From the IMG/VR virus record IMGVR_UViG_3300042324_001267: 64,000 bases of DNA. One strand, 5' to 3'. The notes beneath the pieces were generated by a model. The model saw only the letters and a program-made list of their open reading frames with translations. It was not told where the DNA came from and searched no databases. Source of the DNA: a virus. Positions 8,352-19,275 of the stretch are shown piece by piece (position 1 is the stretch's first letter; each line of letters starts with the position of its first letter). The position numbers and the translations under genes were made by a program.

Positions 8352-9469
8352 TGGCAGATACAAAATTAACACCAGAACAATTACAAGTTCAAGCAACTGC
8401 TCTAAAAGAAGTAGCATACGAAAAACTCGCTAAAGCAGAAGAAGGTATAGAGAGAGCTAAGAAATTTGCAGCATCTCAAGGAAGACTTACTAAAGTATCT
8501 GCAGCATTAGAGAAAGCACAAGCAGCTCAAGCACAGTTTAACGAAACAAAAGCAAAATTTGAAGCGTACAAAGCTAAAGCAGAAGCTGCAGCTAAGAAAG
8601 CAAAAGAGCTTAAAAGAAAACTTGAAGAAACTAAAGCACTATTAAAAGCAGCAGGACCTTCTGCAAAAGGAATTGCAGGAGTAATTGCAGTACAGATAGG
8701 GGGAATGAGAGGAAAACTTATTGCTCAAATACAGCAAAGAGTATTAGAGTCACTAAGTAAGTTTGTGAATGAATGTCCAAATGCAAAAGAACTTCAAAAG
8801 ATTATAAAAATTAAAAATAATCTCTCAAAAAATATAGGAGCTTTTCAAAAAAGAGCACAGAAGTTTAAGAGTACAGCAGGACAATTAGTAAGAATAGCAA
8901 GTACAGTTAGAGTAGCTATTACTGTTATTAAAAACATTCCAACCCCGACAGCAATTATACCTCCAGGAAGTCCAGGAGGATTAGGGGTTCCTATGAATAT
9001 TCTTAATAGATATTCAGATAAGTTAATACAGTTAGATAAACTTGTAGAAAAGTATACAAATGAAGGTACAGCAATACTTTCAACAGTAGAAGGGATAATA
9101 CCTCCTATTGATAATATAAAAAATAGATTAGATTCAATAGATATTGCAATTCAACAATGCAGTACTGATACAGCAACAACTTTAGATTTAGCTAGTATAC
9201 TAGCAACCGCACAGCCAAAAGATAATACAGGTTCAGAAGGGACACCTATAGATGTACTAACAGGTCAACCTGATCCAAAATACACTTATAGAGGATATAC
9301 TTTAGCAGTTGTACAAGATCCTAACTCTCCAAAAGTAGCTCCAAGGAGATTTGCAGTAGCGAAAGATGGAAGGGGGATAGTTGTACTAAAAGGACAGCCA
9401 TCTTTTAGTTCTTCTACAGATATACTTCTAGAGGAATTGAAATTTAGAATAGATAATCAATTACCATAA
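8351..9469 (+). CDS. Hypothetical virion protein with coiled-coil N-terminus
   Basis: A/K-rich coiled coil, within the baseplate operon. Confidence 0.6.
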   Translation: MADTKLTPEQLQVQATALKEVAYEKLAKAEEGIERAKKFAASQGRLTKVSAALEKAQAAQAQFNETKAKFEAYKAKAEAAAKKAKELKRKLEETKALLKAAGPSAKGIAGVIAVQIGGMRGKLIAQIQQRVLESLSKFVNECPNAKELQKIIKIKNNLSKNIGAFQKRAQKFKSTAGQLVRIASTVRVAITVIKNIPTPTAIIPPGSPGGLGVPMNILNRYSDKLIQLDKLVEKYTNEGTAILSTVEGIIPPIDNIKNRLDSIDIAIQQCSTDTATTLDLASILATAQPKDNTGSEGTPIDVLTGQPDPKYTYRGYTLAVVQDPNSPKVAPRRFAVAKDGRGIVVLKGQPSFSSSTDILLEELKFRIDNQLP

Positions 9470-9486
9470 CATAACTATTTATTAAT

Positions 9487-9906
9487 ATGAAGTTAGATTT
9501 ATTAAAAAAATTAATCAAAGAAGCAGTAAAAGAAGCGGTTCGTGAAGAATTAGCAATAGTTCTTTCTGAAGATGTAAGAACTGCCTCTAAAACTCCTATA
9601 GTACAGCATGTGACAAAGTATGCAGAACATAAACCAATAGTTGCAAAACCAGTACCTACAGGGAATCCAATTATGGATCTAATGAATGAGACAAAACATT
9701 CAATGACTCAAGGAGAATATCAAAACCTAGTAAGTGCTACATCTGATATGGTTCAAGCACCTGGATTAGGAATGAACCCAATAACAGAGAATTTCAGACA
9801 AGGTCCTGAACCGGGATTAGATATTTCACAGTTTGATTTTATGATGAGAGCAGGAGATGTGTACAAGGCATCAGTACAGAAAGATAAAGAAAGATTTGGA
9901 GCATAA
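9487..9906 (+). CDS. Hypothetical protein with LKKLIKE leader
   Basis: N-terminus MKLDLLKKLIKEAVKEAVREE. Confidence 0.65.
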   Translation: MKLDLLKKLIKEAVKEAVREELAIVLSEDVRTASKTPIVQHVTKYAEHKPIVAKPVPTGNPIMDLMNETKHSMTQGEYQNLVSATSDMVQAPGLGMNPITENFRQGPEPGLDISQFDFMMRAGDVYKASVQKDKERFGA

Positions 9907-10316
9907 TGGCATTTAACGTACAGAAAATACATCCAATAGATTTACAACCTAGGAAAGCAGTTGGCGTTAGTCTTCCGTTCTCCTCTAAAGCTGTATTTAA
10001 CTCTACGTATACAACCCAAGAGGCACTTAAATCTAATTTAATTAACTTCTTCTTAACAGGAAGACAGGAAAGATTCTTAAATCCAAATTTCGGAACAAAC
10101 CTAAGAGCATTACTATTCAACCAGATGACACCTGATACTCAGGAAGAGATCAAAATAGAAGTTAGAAGAGGAATAGCTGATTGGTTTCCAAATATAATAA
10201 TAGAACAACTATTAGTTGAAGAATCTCCAGACACACATGCAGTAACAATCTACATAAAATATAGTGTAGATCAGACAAATATACAAGACGAATTGTTAAT
10301 TAATTTCGAACAATAA
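9906..10316 (+). CDS. Baseplate wedge protein gp25-like
   Basis: NLINFFLT...ERFLNPNFGTNL..LLF motif of GPW/gp25 family. Confidence 0.85.
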   Translation: MAFNVQKIHPIDLQPRKAVGVSLPFSSKAVFNSTYTTQEALKSNLINFFLTGRQERFLNPNFGTNLRALLFNQMTPDTQEEIKIEVRRGIADWFPNIIIEQLLVEESPDTHAVTIYIKYSVDQTNIQDELLINFEQ

Positions 10317-12139
10317 TGGCTCAAGATAGAGATATAAAATATGTAAATAGGGACTTTACTGATTTTAAGACCCAGTTAACTGAGTACGCAAAGAATTACT
10401 TCCCAGACGCTTATAATGACTTTTCTCCTACATCACCAGGTATGATGTTTATAGAAATGGCAGCATACGTAGGTGATATTTTATCATTCTATCAAGATAC
10501 TCAATTACAAGAAACATATTTACAGTACGCTAAAAATCCTGCAAATTTATATAACTTAGCTTATATGATGGGATATCGACCAAAGGTAACAACAGTTTCT
10601 GAAGTCGATATAGAAGTATCATGTACAGTACCGCCAGCAGCAAACGGAGAACCAAACTGGGCAGTAGCACCTCAATTAGGAGCTGGAACAGAACTTGCAT
10701 CTACAACCTCAGGACAAGCTAAATTTATTATAGATAAACCAGTTGATTTCAGCTTCTCTAGTTCGTATAATCCAACATCAGTTGCTGTTTCGCAACTAGA
10801 TCCACTTACCTATATTCCTACAGAATTTATACTTAGAAAAACAGCTAAAGCATATTCAGGAGAAATAAAGCAAATTACACAAGTGATTGGTACTGTTGAG
10901 AAATTTAAAACAATAACAGTAGATGATACTGATATAGTAGGAATTCACTCTATAGAAGATGCTGACGGAAATACATGGTACGAAGTACCTTTCTTAGGAC
11001 AAGATACTATTTTTAAAGATACACCTAATATAGGAGCATCAGACAGTAATGTAGCTCCTTACTTATTATCATTAGAGAAAGTACCGAGAAGATTTGTTAC
11101 TAGATTTACCTCTACAGGTCAATTACAGATACAATTTGGATCAGGAGTAACAGGAACTGCAGATACAATACTAACACCAGACCCTACTAATATAGGATTA
11201 GGACTTACGCCATTTAATATTAATATTGACTATGCATATGATCCTTCTAACTTCTTAGTTACACAGACTTATGGATTAGCTCCTTCCAATACTACTCTTA
11301 CCATCAGGTACATAGTAGGAGGAGGAGTAACAGCTAATGTACCTGGAAATACAATTACAACTGTAGTAAATAAGTTTCCATTAGGAAATACAACTAGACA
11401 GAATACTGTAGTATTTAATAATCCACAAGCAGCAACTGGAGGTAGAGATGGAGATACAGTAGAGGAATTAAGACAGAATGCTCTTAAATCTTTTAACGAA
11501 CAAGGTAGAACAGTTTCTTTACAGGATTATATCGTTAGATCTTTATCACTACCGTCAAAATACGGTTCAATTGCAAAAGTATATGTAGCTCAAGACCAGT
11601 TATCAAACCCTAATTCTAAAGTAGATAGTATAATAGATAGTAATCCTTTATCACTTTCTATCTATACATTAGCTTATAATAATAACGGAAACCTTATACA
11701 AGCAACACCTAACCTGCATAATAACTTAAAAACATACCTATCACAGTACGTATTATTAACAGATGCTATAAACATAAAAGATGCATTTGTAGTTAATATA
11801 GAAATCGACTTTGATATAATAGTAAGACCTAACTACTCAGGTAGAGATGTCCTACTTGCTTGTACGAATAGGTTAAAAGATTACTTTAATATTACTAAAT
11901 GGAATATTAACCAGCCAATTAATTTATCAAGTATATATACATTACTAGATCAAGAGAAAGGAGTACAAACAGTACAGAAAGTTAGAGTACTTAACAAAGC
12001 AGGAGGAGACTACTCAGAATATGCATACGATGTAGAAGGAGCAACAAAAAACAATATAGTATATCCTTCTTATGATCCTATGATTTTTGAAGTAAAATAC
12101 TTAGATAGAGATATTAAAGGAAGAATAACAACACTATAA
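10316..12139 (+). CDS. Baseplate wedge protein gp6 / baseplate J-like
   Basis: DF..S.GMMFIEM.AYVGD.LSFY, FG.G..G, ATGGRD.DT.EELR, R.V...DY motifs. Confidence 0.85.
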   Translation: MAQDRDIKYVNRDFTDFKTQLTEYAKNYFPDAYNDFSPTSPGMMFIEMAAYVGDILSFYQDTQLQETYLQYAKNPANLYNLAYMMGYRPKVTTVSEVDIEVSCTVPPAANGEPNWAVAPQLGAGTELASTTSGQAKFIIDKPVDFSFSSSYNPTSVAVSQLDPLTYIPTEFILRKTAKAYSGEIKQITQVIGTVEKFKTITVDDTDIVGIHSIEDADGNTWYEVPFLGQDTIFKDTPNIGASDSNVAPYLLSLEKVPRRFVTRFTSTGQLQIQFGSGVTGTADTILTPDPTNIGLGLTPFNINIDYAYDPSNFLVTQTYGLAPSNTTLTIRYIVGGGVTANVPGNTITTVVNKFPLGNTTRQNTVVFNNPQAATGGRDGDTVEELRQNALKSFNEQGRTVSLQDYIVRSLSLPSKYGSIAKVYVAQDQLSNPNSKVDSIIDSNPLSLSIYTLAYNNNGNLIQATPNLHNNLKTYLSQYVLLTDAINIKDAFVVNIEIDFDIIVRPNYSGRDVLLACTNRLKDYFNITKWNINQPINLSSIYTLLDQEKGVQTVQKVRVLNKAGGDYSEYAYDVEGATKNNIVYPSYDPMIFEVKYLDRDIKGRITTL

Positions 12140-12140
12140 T

Positions 12141-13250
12141 ATGGCAGTATACAGAATATTCCCGGAAAAAGATACATTTATATCAACTGAAGCTGTTTTA
12201 GGAAACGCAGGTTTAGATGAAATAATCGAACTAGGAGGATATCCAGACCTAATAGGTACAGGGCAAACCAACCGAATACTTACTAAATACAGTACAGTAG
12301 ATATAAAAGATGTGATTGCAAACAAGGTAGGAGCAGCTGGGTATAGTGCAAGCCTTAACATGTATTTAGCAGAAGCTTACGAATTACCTGTAGAATATAC
12401 TGTGTATGCATATCCGGTTTCTGGGGCATGGGATAGCGGAATAGGTAAATTTGGAGATAATCCAACTAATAAAACAGGAGCATCCTGGAAGTATAGACAG
12501 ACAACAGAAACTAGCCCTTGGGTATTGGGATCATACGCACAATATACTACAGGTTCTTATGATTCCCCACTTACAGGAGGAGGTAACTGGTATACAGCTT
12601 CAGCAGGATTTAATATGGAATTTACACAATCCCACAACATTAACTCTACCCACGATGTAAACATAAATGTAACAAGAGCAATACAGTTAATAAACAGCAA
12701 TACACTGGTAAATGATGGGTTTTTATTAAAACTCCCCGATGATATAGAGTATAATATGTCTTCCTCTATTAGGTTAAAATACTACAGTGCAGACACGAAT
12801 ACTATCTATCCACCATTCTTAGAATTTAAGTGGGACGATAGTGTATATACTACAGGATCTTTATCAGTTCTTTCAAATAGTATTTCAACAATAGGGGTAA
12901 CAAATAATAAAGGAAAATATCCGGATGTAGGAAAACAGAGATTTAGAATATCTGCAAAACCCAAATACCCAGTTAGAACTTTTACAACCTCTTCAGTCTA
13001 TTTAAAAAACTACGCTCTTCCATCAGGTTCATACTGGGGATTAAGAGATGAGAATACAGAAGAAATGATTGTTGATTTTGATACACAATTTACAAAAGTT
13101 AGTTGTGATCCAACAGGACCTTTCTTTGATGTGTATATGGATGGCTTGCAACCTGAAAGATATTATCGTATATTAGTTAAGACGACGTTAGACGGAAGTA
13201 CTACAGTAGTAGATGATAAAAACATATTCAAAGTAGTAAGAAATGGCTAA
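12141..13250 (+). CDS. Putative baseplate/virion structural protein
   Basis: Operon context, beta-rich. Confidence 0.6.
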   Translation: MAVYRIFPEKDTFISTEAVLGNAGLDEIIELGGYPDLIGTGQTNRILTKYSTVDIKDVIANKVGAAGYSASLNMYLAEAYELPVEYTVYAYPVSGAWDSGIGKFGDNPTNKTGASWKYRQTTETSPWVLGSYAQYTTGSYDSPLTGGGNWYTASAGFNMEFTQSHNINSTHDVNINVTRAIQLINSNTLVNDGFLLKLPDDIEYNMSSSIRLKYYSADTNTIYPPFLEFKWDDSVYTTGSLSVLSNSISTIGVTNNKGKYPDVGKQRFRISAKPKYPVRTFTTSSVYLKNYALPSGSYWGLRDENTEEMIVDFDTQFTKVSCDPTGPFFDVYMDGLQPERYYRILVKTTLDGSTTVVDDKNIFKVVRNG

Positions 13251-13581
13251 TGATATTCAAATAATAAAAACAGTCCATAATAAGACAGAATTTTCTAGGG
13301 TAATTGATAAGGGGTTTAAAACATACACTCAACCAGTACCGGAAGAAGATACAGATACACCAGAAGAACTCTTCAGGTTGTATGAAAAATTATATTACGT
13401 AATTGATATAGAGGGAGAAGAAGACTCACACGAGTATTTAATAAAAAAGAGTTCAGAATTAATATCTTATGAAAGAGATACAGAAGATATTCAACCTCTT
13501 CTAGATGAAATAGCACAGTTAAGAATTCAACTATTACAAGCAAATCAACAAATTCTTGACCTAGAAACAAAAACAGAGTAG
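13243..13581 (+). CDS. Hypothetical protein with C-terminal coiled coil
   Basis: Overlapping operon packing. Confidence 0.6.
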   Translation: MANDIQIIKTVHNKTEFSRVIDKGFKTYTQPVPEEDTDTPEELFRLYEKLYYVIDIEGEEDSHEYLIKKSSELISYERDTEDIQPLLDEIAQLRIQLLQANQQILDLETKTE

Positions 13582-16500
13582 ATGGCAGAAATAAAGTACA
13601 CAGCTAATAGAGACATACCAGGGAACATAGCAGGTGTTGAGAGATACTCTACAGAAGATACACAGTTAATCTCTTCCTTTGAGGTAAATAGTTCTTTTGA
13701 TACCAGTAAGCATGTAGTAGAACTTCACCTACTATCCCTTAGTGATGATATATTATTTAGTGAATACGATTATAGAGGTTACAAACAATTAGGAAATGCT
13801 CAATCTTCAGGACAAGAAGGAGCATCAGTACTTACTATAGACCCTATTCAAGATAGTATCTCTTTTGATTACGGTAACGGAGGAATTAAACTACTGTATC
13901 ACTTTTTAAACGACTTATTTACAGATGACACTTCTGCCGCAGAACTGTACATACAAGATATCTCACCAGATAGAACAGAGTTAAAACTTGCTTCACTAGC
14001 ATTATCTCCTACAGATTTAGAGAGGTTTACTAATGTAATAAAAAGTAAGTTAGAGAGCGAAGCTTTCTTTAACGAGTTTAGGTTAAATTTTGAAGATAAC
14101 GACCTACTTATCGGTATTAATATAGATACTCTAGATAATGGTATAGAGAAAGAAGTAACAGTAAAACTATATGAACCATTACCTTTTACTTACGGAATAA
14201 AAAGTAAGTTAAGGATAGTTGAATTAGTAGCTGATTCTGTCGCATACGAAGTACAATCTGAGGTAACACCTGAACCGGAAGTATTCCCAACTCTAAAACC
14301 TGCCAATTTCAACATAGACATACAGGATGAGAATATAATACCTACCCAGTATTTTAACTATGATGAATTATTTAGTTATCCATTAAATAATGCAAATAGT
14401 CAACTATTCTCTTTAGTTAACGAGAAAGGTGTCGATATAAGTATCGATCACACCTCTTATAAAGACTTTATACACTTCTCATCAGCTCAAGAAAGACTAC
14501 TAAACTTTAAGTATAAATTAGACTTAGTAACATCTTATTCTGCTAGCTTATCATCAATAAACAGTCAAATACCGGGTGCTCAAGGAACATTAGGTTTACA
14601 AGGAATATCAGGAAGTAGAACATATTTTGAAGGGTTAATGGAAGGAGTGTTAAATAACTTCGATCATTACGAAAGATTCTTATATTACGAATCAGGTAGT
14701 TCTAGTTGGCCAAAATCTAATACTAAGAAACCATATCAAAACCAGGTAAGTAGTACACCTCAATCAATACTTTGGTATACCAACCAAATTGCAGAAGCAA
14801 TATCGTATGACAATACCAATTATAATTCATTAATATTTTCTATACCATCTTACCTTAGAGAGGATACAAATAATGAGAATTACTTGACATTCATCCATAT
14901 GATAGGTCAGCATTTTGATAACTTATGGTTATATGCAGATGCAGTAACAGATAAGTATGATGCTGATAATAGAATGAATAAAGGAATCTCTAAAGATTTA
15001 GTTGGGGAGGCTTTAAAGAATTTTGGAGTTAAATTATATACTTCAAATAAATCTATTGAAGACTTATTCTCAAGCTTTATAGGACAGGGATACGTATCGG
15101 GAAGTGAACATATTAATTTCTATATAACAGGATCACTAACAGGATCACTAACAGGACCTAATACTCCTATAGAACCTTCTTCTTTTGATACTTATGAAAA
15201 AGAGATTCAAAAAAGAATTTACCATAACCTTTCTTATTTACTAAAAACAAAAGGTACAGAGAGAGGTCTAAGAGCACTTATAAACTGTTTCGGTATTCCT
15301 TCAGACATATTAGATATAAAACTATACGGAGGTAGAAATACAAACGAAAGACCTTTTTACGGAGACTACCAATACTATACAAGTTCTTTAGATAAAATAC
15401 GAATTGACCATACAGGTAGTATTATACCAGGTAACACATTATCAAGTCATACTTCTATAGTAAAAAGAGATAATAAGTATACAGATGATTTACATGTTAT
15501 TGAAGTAGGGTTTTCTCCTACCGATAATGTGGATAAGTATATTATATCTAAATCACTAGCAGATCCAAATCTAACTACATTTAATATAGATCAATATATA
15601 GGAAACCCAAGCAGCTTAACACTTCCAGATTACGAAGGACTTTATAAAGTAGCAGAAGACATATTAGGAGATTTATCACAATACGATGTAAGAGCTTTTG
15701 TAAGACTAATCAAATTCTTTGATAATGTAATCTTTAAAATGGTTAAGGATTTTATACCTGCTAGAACAGTAGCTGATACAGGTATAATAATTAAGCCAAA
15801 TTTACTAAATAGATCAAAAGCAAAATCTATAAAAGCATCTGTAGATACAATTACAGGATCAAATATGGATAATGCATTTACATATACATCATCTATCGAT
15901 ACTGCTTTTGCAGAAGGTTACCACGGAGATACTTTTGGATCAGTAGTTGAATACATAGCCTCTTACAAACAAATAGTAGATACCCCAGAAGGACGAAGAA
16001 TATCTTACCTTAAGGATAAAGAAGAAGCAAAGTTTGATGGAGAATTAGCAAATAGTACGATTAGAGTATCAACAGGAGAGCTTAATAGAAGTAATACATT
16101 AAAGAAAGCAATTCCGCCAAAAGTTCAATTTAATGTAAGGTTCTACGAAGGAACACCGCCAGACTTATGTACACTAACTCCAGGAGCTAACGATAGTTTT
16201 GTAGTACAGCCAGGTATTCCATATGCATTAGGTCCATTATTTGGAGGAAATGGTGTATCAGCACCACCTAATACATTATATTACTTAGGAACAACTCCTC
16301 AAGGAACACCAATACCTTCTACATACACCTTTACAGGTGCACAATATGACGAGACAATTATACATGGGTACGCTAAACTCGGTTGTGATGAAACAGTAAG
16401 ATTCCGTAATGTAACCTGTTCTCTAGGACCTGATACAGCACCAAGTTATATAGTAGCTGGAACAAGTTATGACCTTGCAAACTGGTTTACATTGAATTTA

Positions 16501-17319
16501 AACAATCAAGTAGTATACACGGTACAGAAGAATAACACAGCACCAGAAACACTAGGTCCAGGAATCTCTACTTACGTATTTAATGGTGTAACAGGAGACG
16601 CCTATACCGTTACTGTAACCGATAAGTACGATACTAATTGTACAAGATCCGTAACAAAACAATTCTATACATGTCTTATACTCCCGCAAGAGTACACCGT
16701 ATATGATTTATATGCAGGACCTGCAGCCAATGAAGCACTAGTTGTAGATTTCCGAACATTCTTCGAAGGAGAGTTACCAACCGCTACCTATCAATTTCAA
16801 ACAGTTACTGTAGGGACAAAATTTGCACCAAATCCTAATACATGGATATCAGTACCAGATCCATTTGATTTTATCTTTCTAGGAAAAGCTATATGGATAA
16901 AGCTAATAAACGTAGCAGGTGCTTGTGAAAGAGTTATTAAACTTGAAAAAACAGGAGACGGAATTGCACAGGATTACATAGGACTGTCATATGGTAAAAC
17001 AGCCCCAAATGGAGCATGTACTGCCGGAGCAGTCATAACAGAGAATTCTTCCGCATATGGAAATGGATTTTTTATATCTAACTCGGTATACTATACAAAA
17101 ATAACCAGCGAACCAAGCTACTCATTTCAACAGCTATGGAACTCAGGTAAACAACTAAGAGCCTTTGGAACAGGAGACCCAATAAACGGATGGTGTAGTG
17201 ATGGATATATAGCATTACCGTACAGTAACGGATACCCAAACCCATCAGCAATACCTTTATATAATTTTACAGGAACAGCAATAGTGTGCAGTACATTACA
17301 TGGATACACTGGCCCTTAA
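13582..17319 (+). CDS. Large baseplate protein (gp7/P2 gpI-like domain with Cys-containing C-terminal modules)
   Basis: LLKTKGTERGLRALINCFG motif; 1245 aa. Confidence 0.6.
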   Translation: MAEIKYTANRDIPGNIAGVERYSTEDTQLISSFEVNSSFDTSKHVVELHLLSLSDDILFSEYDYRGYKQLGNAQSSGQEGASVLTIDPIQDSISFDYGNGGIKLLYHFLNDLFTDDTSAAELYIQDISPDRTELKLASLALSPTDLERFTNVIKSKLESEAFFNEFRLNFEDNDLLIGINIDTLDNGIEKEVTVKLYEPLPFTYGIKSKLRIVELVADSVAYEVQSEVTPEPEVFPTLKPANFNIDIQDENIIPTQYFNYDELFSYPLNNANSQLFSLVNEKGVDISIDHTSYKDFIHFSSAQERLLNFKYKLDLVTSYSASLSSINSQIPGAQGTLGLQGISGSRTYFEGLMEGVLNNFDHYERFLYYESGSSSWPKSNTKKPYQNQVSSTPQSILWYTNQIAEAISYDNTNYNSLIFSIPSYLREDTNNENYLTFIHMIGQHFDNLWLYADAVTDKYDADNRMNKGISKDLVGEALKNFGVKLYTSNKSIEDLFSSFIGQGYVSGSEHINFYITGSLTGSLTGPNTPIEPSSFDTYEKEIQKRIYHNLSYLLKTKGTERGLRALINCFGIPSDILDIKLYGGRNTNERPFYGDYQYYTSSLDKIRIDHTGSIIPGNTLSSHTSIVKRDNKYTDDLHVIEVGFSPTDNVDKYIISKSLADPNLTTFNIDQYIGNPSSLTLPDYEGLYKVAEDILGDLSQYDVRAFVRLIKFFDNVIFKMVKDFIPARTVADTGIIIKPNLLNRSKAKSIKASVDTITGSNMDNAFTYTSSIDTAFAEGYHGDTFGSVVEYIASYKQIVDTPEGRRISYLKDKEEAKFDGELANSTIRVSTGELNRSNTLKKAIPPKVQFNVRFYEGTPPDLCTLTPGANDSFVVQPGIPYALGPLFGGNGVSAPPNTLYYLGTTPQGTPIPSTYTFTGAQYDETIIHGYAKLGCDETVRFRNVTCSLGPDTAPSYIVAGTSYDLANWFTLNLNNQVVYTVQKNNTAPETLGPGISTYVFNGVTGDAYTVTVTDKYDTNCTRSVTKQFYTCLILPQEYTVYDLYAGPAANEALVVDFRTFFEGELPTATYQFQTVTVGTKFAPNPNTWISVPDPFDFIFLGKAIWIKLINVAGACERVIKLEKTGDGIAQDYIGLSYGKTAPNGACTAGAVITENSSAYGNGFFISNSVYYTKITSEPSYSFQQLWNSGKQLRAFGTGDPINGWCSDGYIALPYSNGYPNPSAIPLYNFTGTAIVCSTLHGYTGP

Positions 17320-17334
17320 TACAATAACATAAAA

Positions 17335-18558
17335 ATGGATATAGCAACATTTCTCTTTGTACATCAGACAAACGATACTACTAATATAAACAAAGACGCC
17401 CGCATCAACGTAAACTGCGAAGCACACCCTACAGACTCCACTAAAATAATAGTAACAGGAGTTACTGTAACGGTTGCTACAAGGAAAGATTGGAGTCAAC
17501 AAACATCACCTCTGAATCAAATAGATTTAGAGAATGTGTTACTAACAGCAACTAGTTTACGGTTTGCTGTAAATGAACAGTTATATGAATTACCTATAGT
17601 AAGTAGATCTAAATACGCTAATGCTTTTAACAGCCCAACAAGTAATTACTACTACTTTGAAATAACCCCAAAAGAGTTTAATAAAACTCCGAACAATGCC
17701 AATGGACTAGGACAAGATCAGGTAAATGTTACTTTCCTACCTTATGTACAAGATGAAAAATACGAGTATAGTGATTTTAATCCACTAATCAGTAATGCAT
17801 TACAGAACAGAACATCTACATATATACAACAATCCGACAGAGTAGGGTCAGGAGTAAATCCTACAAACCTATCAGAAATATTACAAGAGACAGCAACTCC
17901 AGCACAAATACAGGATAGTAGTTACTCATCTACAGGATGGAGTAATGCTAGGTATGTAGGGTCATCAACAGATGCACAGAATTATAAAGGAATTCCACCT
18001 GCTATTACTGCCAGAACCTTTGTAGGAGAACAAAACCCATCCTCTTCAGCAGATTTGTCAATATGCTCAAGATCCTTAACAGATAGAATAACATCAGAGT
18101 TTCTATTTACAGGAGACCAGGAAGTACCTTCTTTTGAAGGGTTTGTATATACGAAGTATAAACTACTACAATCAAACAACGCTACTGTTACTTCTTTAGA
18201 GTATGGATTAGATACTACACCAGAAACAGGTTCTATTGAAATAGGAAGTATATTAGCAGCCAATGACGGTACAATGTTGGCAGAAAGGCTACGAGTAGTT
18301 GGAATTAAATTAGGAACAGGAGGCTTACCTAACGTACTAACAGTTACAAGAGGATATTTAAATACACCTACAGGGAGTTTACCTCAAAACAGTAAACTAA
18401 TGGTAGTAAAGCCTTTACGAATTTTTAAAGTAGATAATGTAAGTGCAAAAATTATAAATTCAACAAATTCTAAAATATGGGTAAAAGATTCAAAAGAAAT
18501 ACTTGATACAGATGAATACGGACTAGTACATAGTAGCAGTAGTCTATGTATAACTTAG
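17335..18558 (+). CDS. Putative virion structural protein
   Basis: S/T-rich beta protein in tail operon. Confidence 0.55.
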   Translation: MDIATFLFVHQTNDTTNINKDARINVNCEAHPTDSTKIIVTGVTVTVATRKDWSQQTSPLNQIDLENVLLTATSLRFAVNEQLYELPIVSRSKYANAFNSPTSNYYYFEITPKEFNKTPNNANGLGQDQVNVTFLPYVQDEKYEYSDFNPLISNALQNRTSTYIQQSDRVGSGVNPTNLSEILQETATPAQIQDSSYSSTGWSNARYVGSSTDAQNYKGIPPAITARTFVGEQNPSSSADLSICSRSLTDRITSEFLFTGDQEVPSFEGFVYTKYKLLQSNNATVTSLEYGLDTTPETGSIEIGSILAANDGTMLAERLRVVGIKLGTGGLPNVLTVTRGYLNTPTGSLPQNSKLMVVKPLRIFKVDNVSAKIINSTNSKIWVKDSKEILDTDEYGLVHSSSSLCIT

Positions 18559-18612
18559 AGTTGTATAAAATAATAAAAAAACGTATATTTATAATAAGAT
18601 AAAAAACATAAA

Positions 18613-19272
18613 ATGGGATACTTAGATAATTCAATTGTAACAGTTGATGCAATTTTAACTAAAAAAGGAAGAGAATTACTTGCAAGAGGTGATGGTTCTT
18701 TCAAAATCACTCAATTTGCTTTAGCAGATGATGAGATTGATTACACATTATACAATCCAAATCATCCAAATGGATCAGCTTACTACGGAGAGGCTATTGA
18801 AAAAATGCCACTACTGGAAGCATTTCCGGATGAAACTCAAATCATGAAGTATAAGCTTACAACTCTTCCAAGAGGAACAGCTAAGTTACCAATTCTAGAT
18901 TTAGGATTCTCAGCCATCAGATTAAAACAAGGAGCATCACTTGCTATCACTCCTCAAACACTGAACTACTTAGGATCTTCTCAAACTTTTGAAGCAGGAG
19001 GATATGTAGCAACTATTGCAGATGCTAGAGTAACAAATACATTCAACGGGGTAGGAATTAATACCTCAGAGGCTGAAAGATTAAACTCAACTACTACCCT
19101 AGGAACAAACGTTTCTAAAGCAGTAATTGGTACTTCTATCAACATAACAGCAACAACAATCAATACGTTATTCGGAGCTAATACAACACTTCAAACAACA
19201 CTTACAGTAATAGGTAGAGATTCAGGAGCTAGATTAACAATCCCAGTAACCATAGTAAAAGTAAATCAATAA
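18613..19272 (+). CDS. Putative baseplate/fibre-attachment protein
   Basis: LTKKGRELLA...ITQFAL.D motif like tail-fibre anchor N-termini. Confidence 0.55.
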   Translation: MGYLDNSIVTVDAILTKKGRELLARGDGSFKITQFALADDEIDYTLYNPNHPNGSAYYGEAIEKMPLLEAFPDETQIMKYKLTTLPRGTAKLPILDLGFSAIRLKQGASLAITPQTLNYLGSSQTFEAGGYVATIADARVTNTFNGVGINTSEAERLNSTTTLGTNVSKAVIGTSINITATTINTLFGANTTLQTTLTVIGRDSGARLTIPVTIVKVNQ

Positions 19273-19275
19273 CAT

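Noticed and set aside
15127-15156. 12-bp tandem ACAGGATCACTA repeat
   Set aside because: Short in-frame TGSL duplication with no evidence of function.
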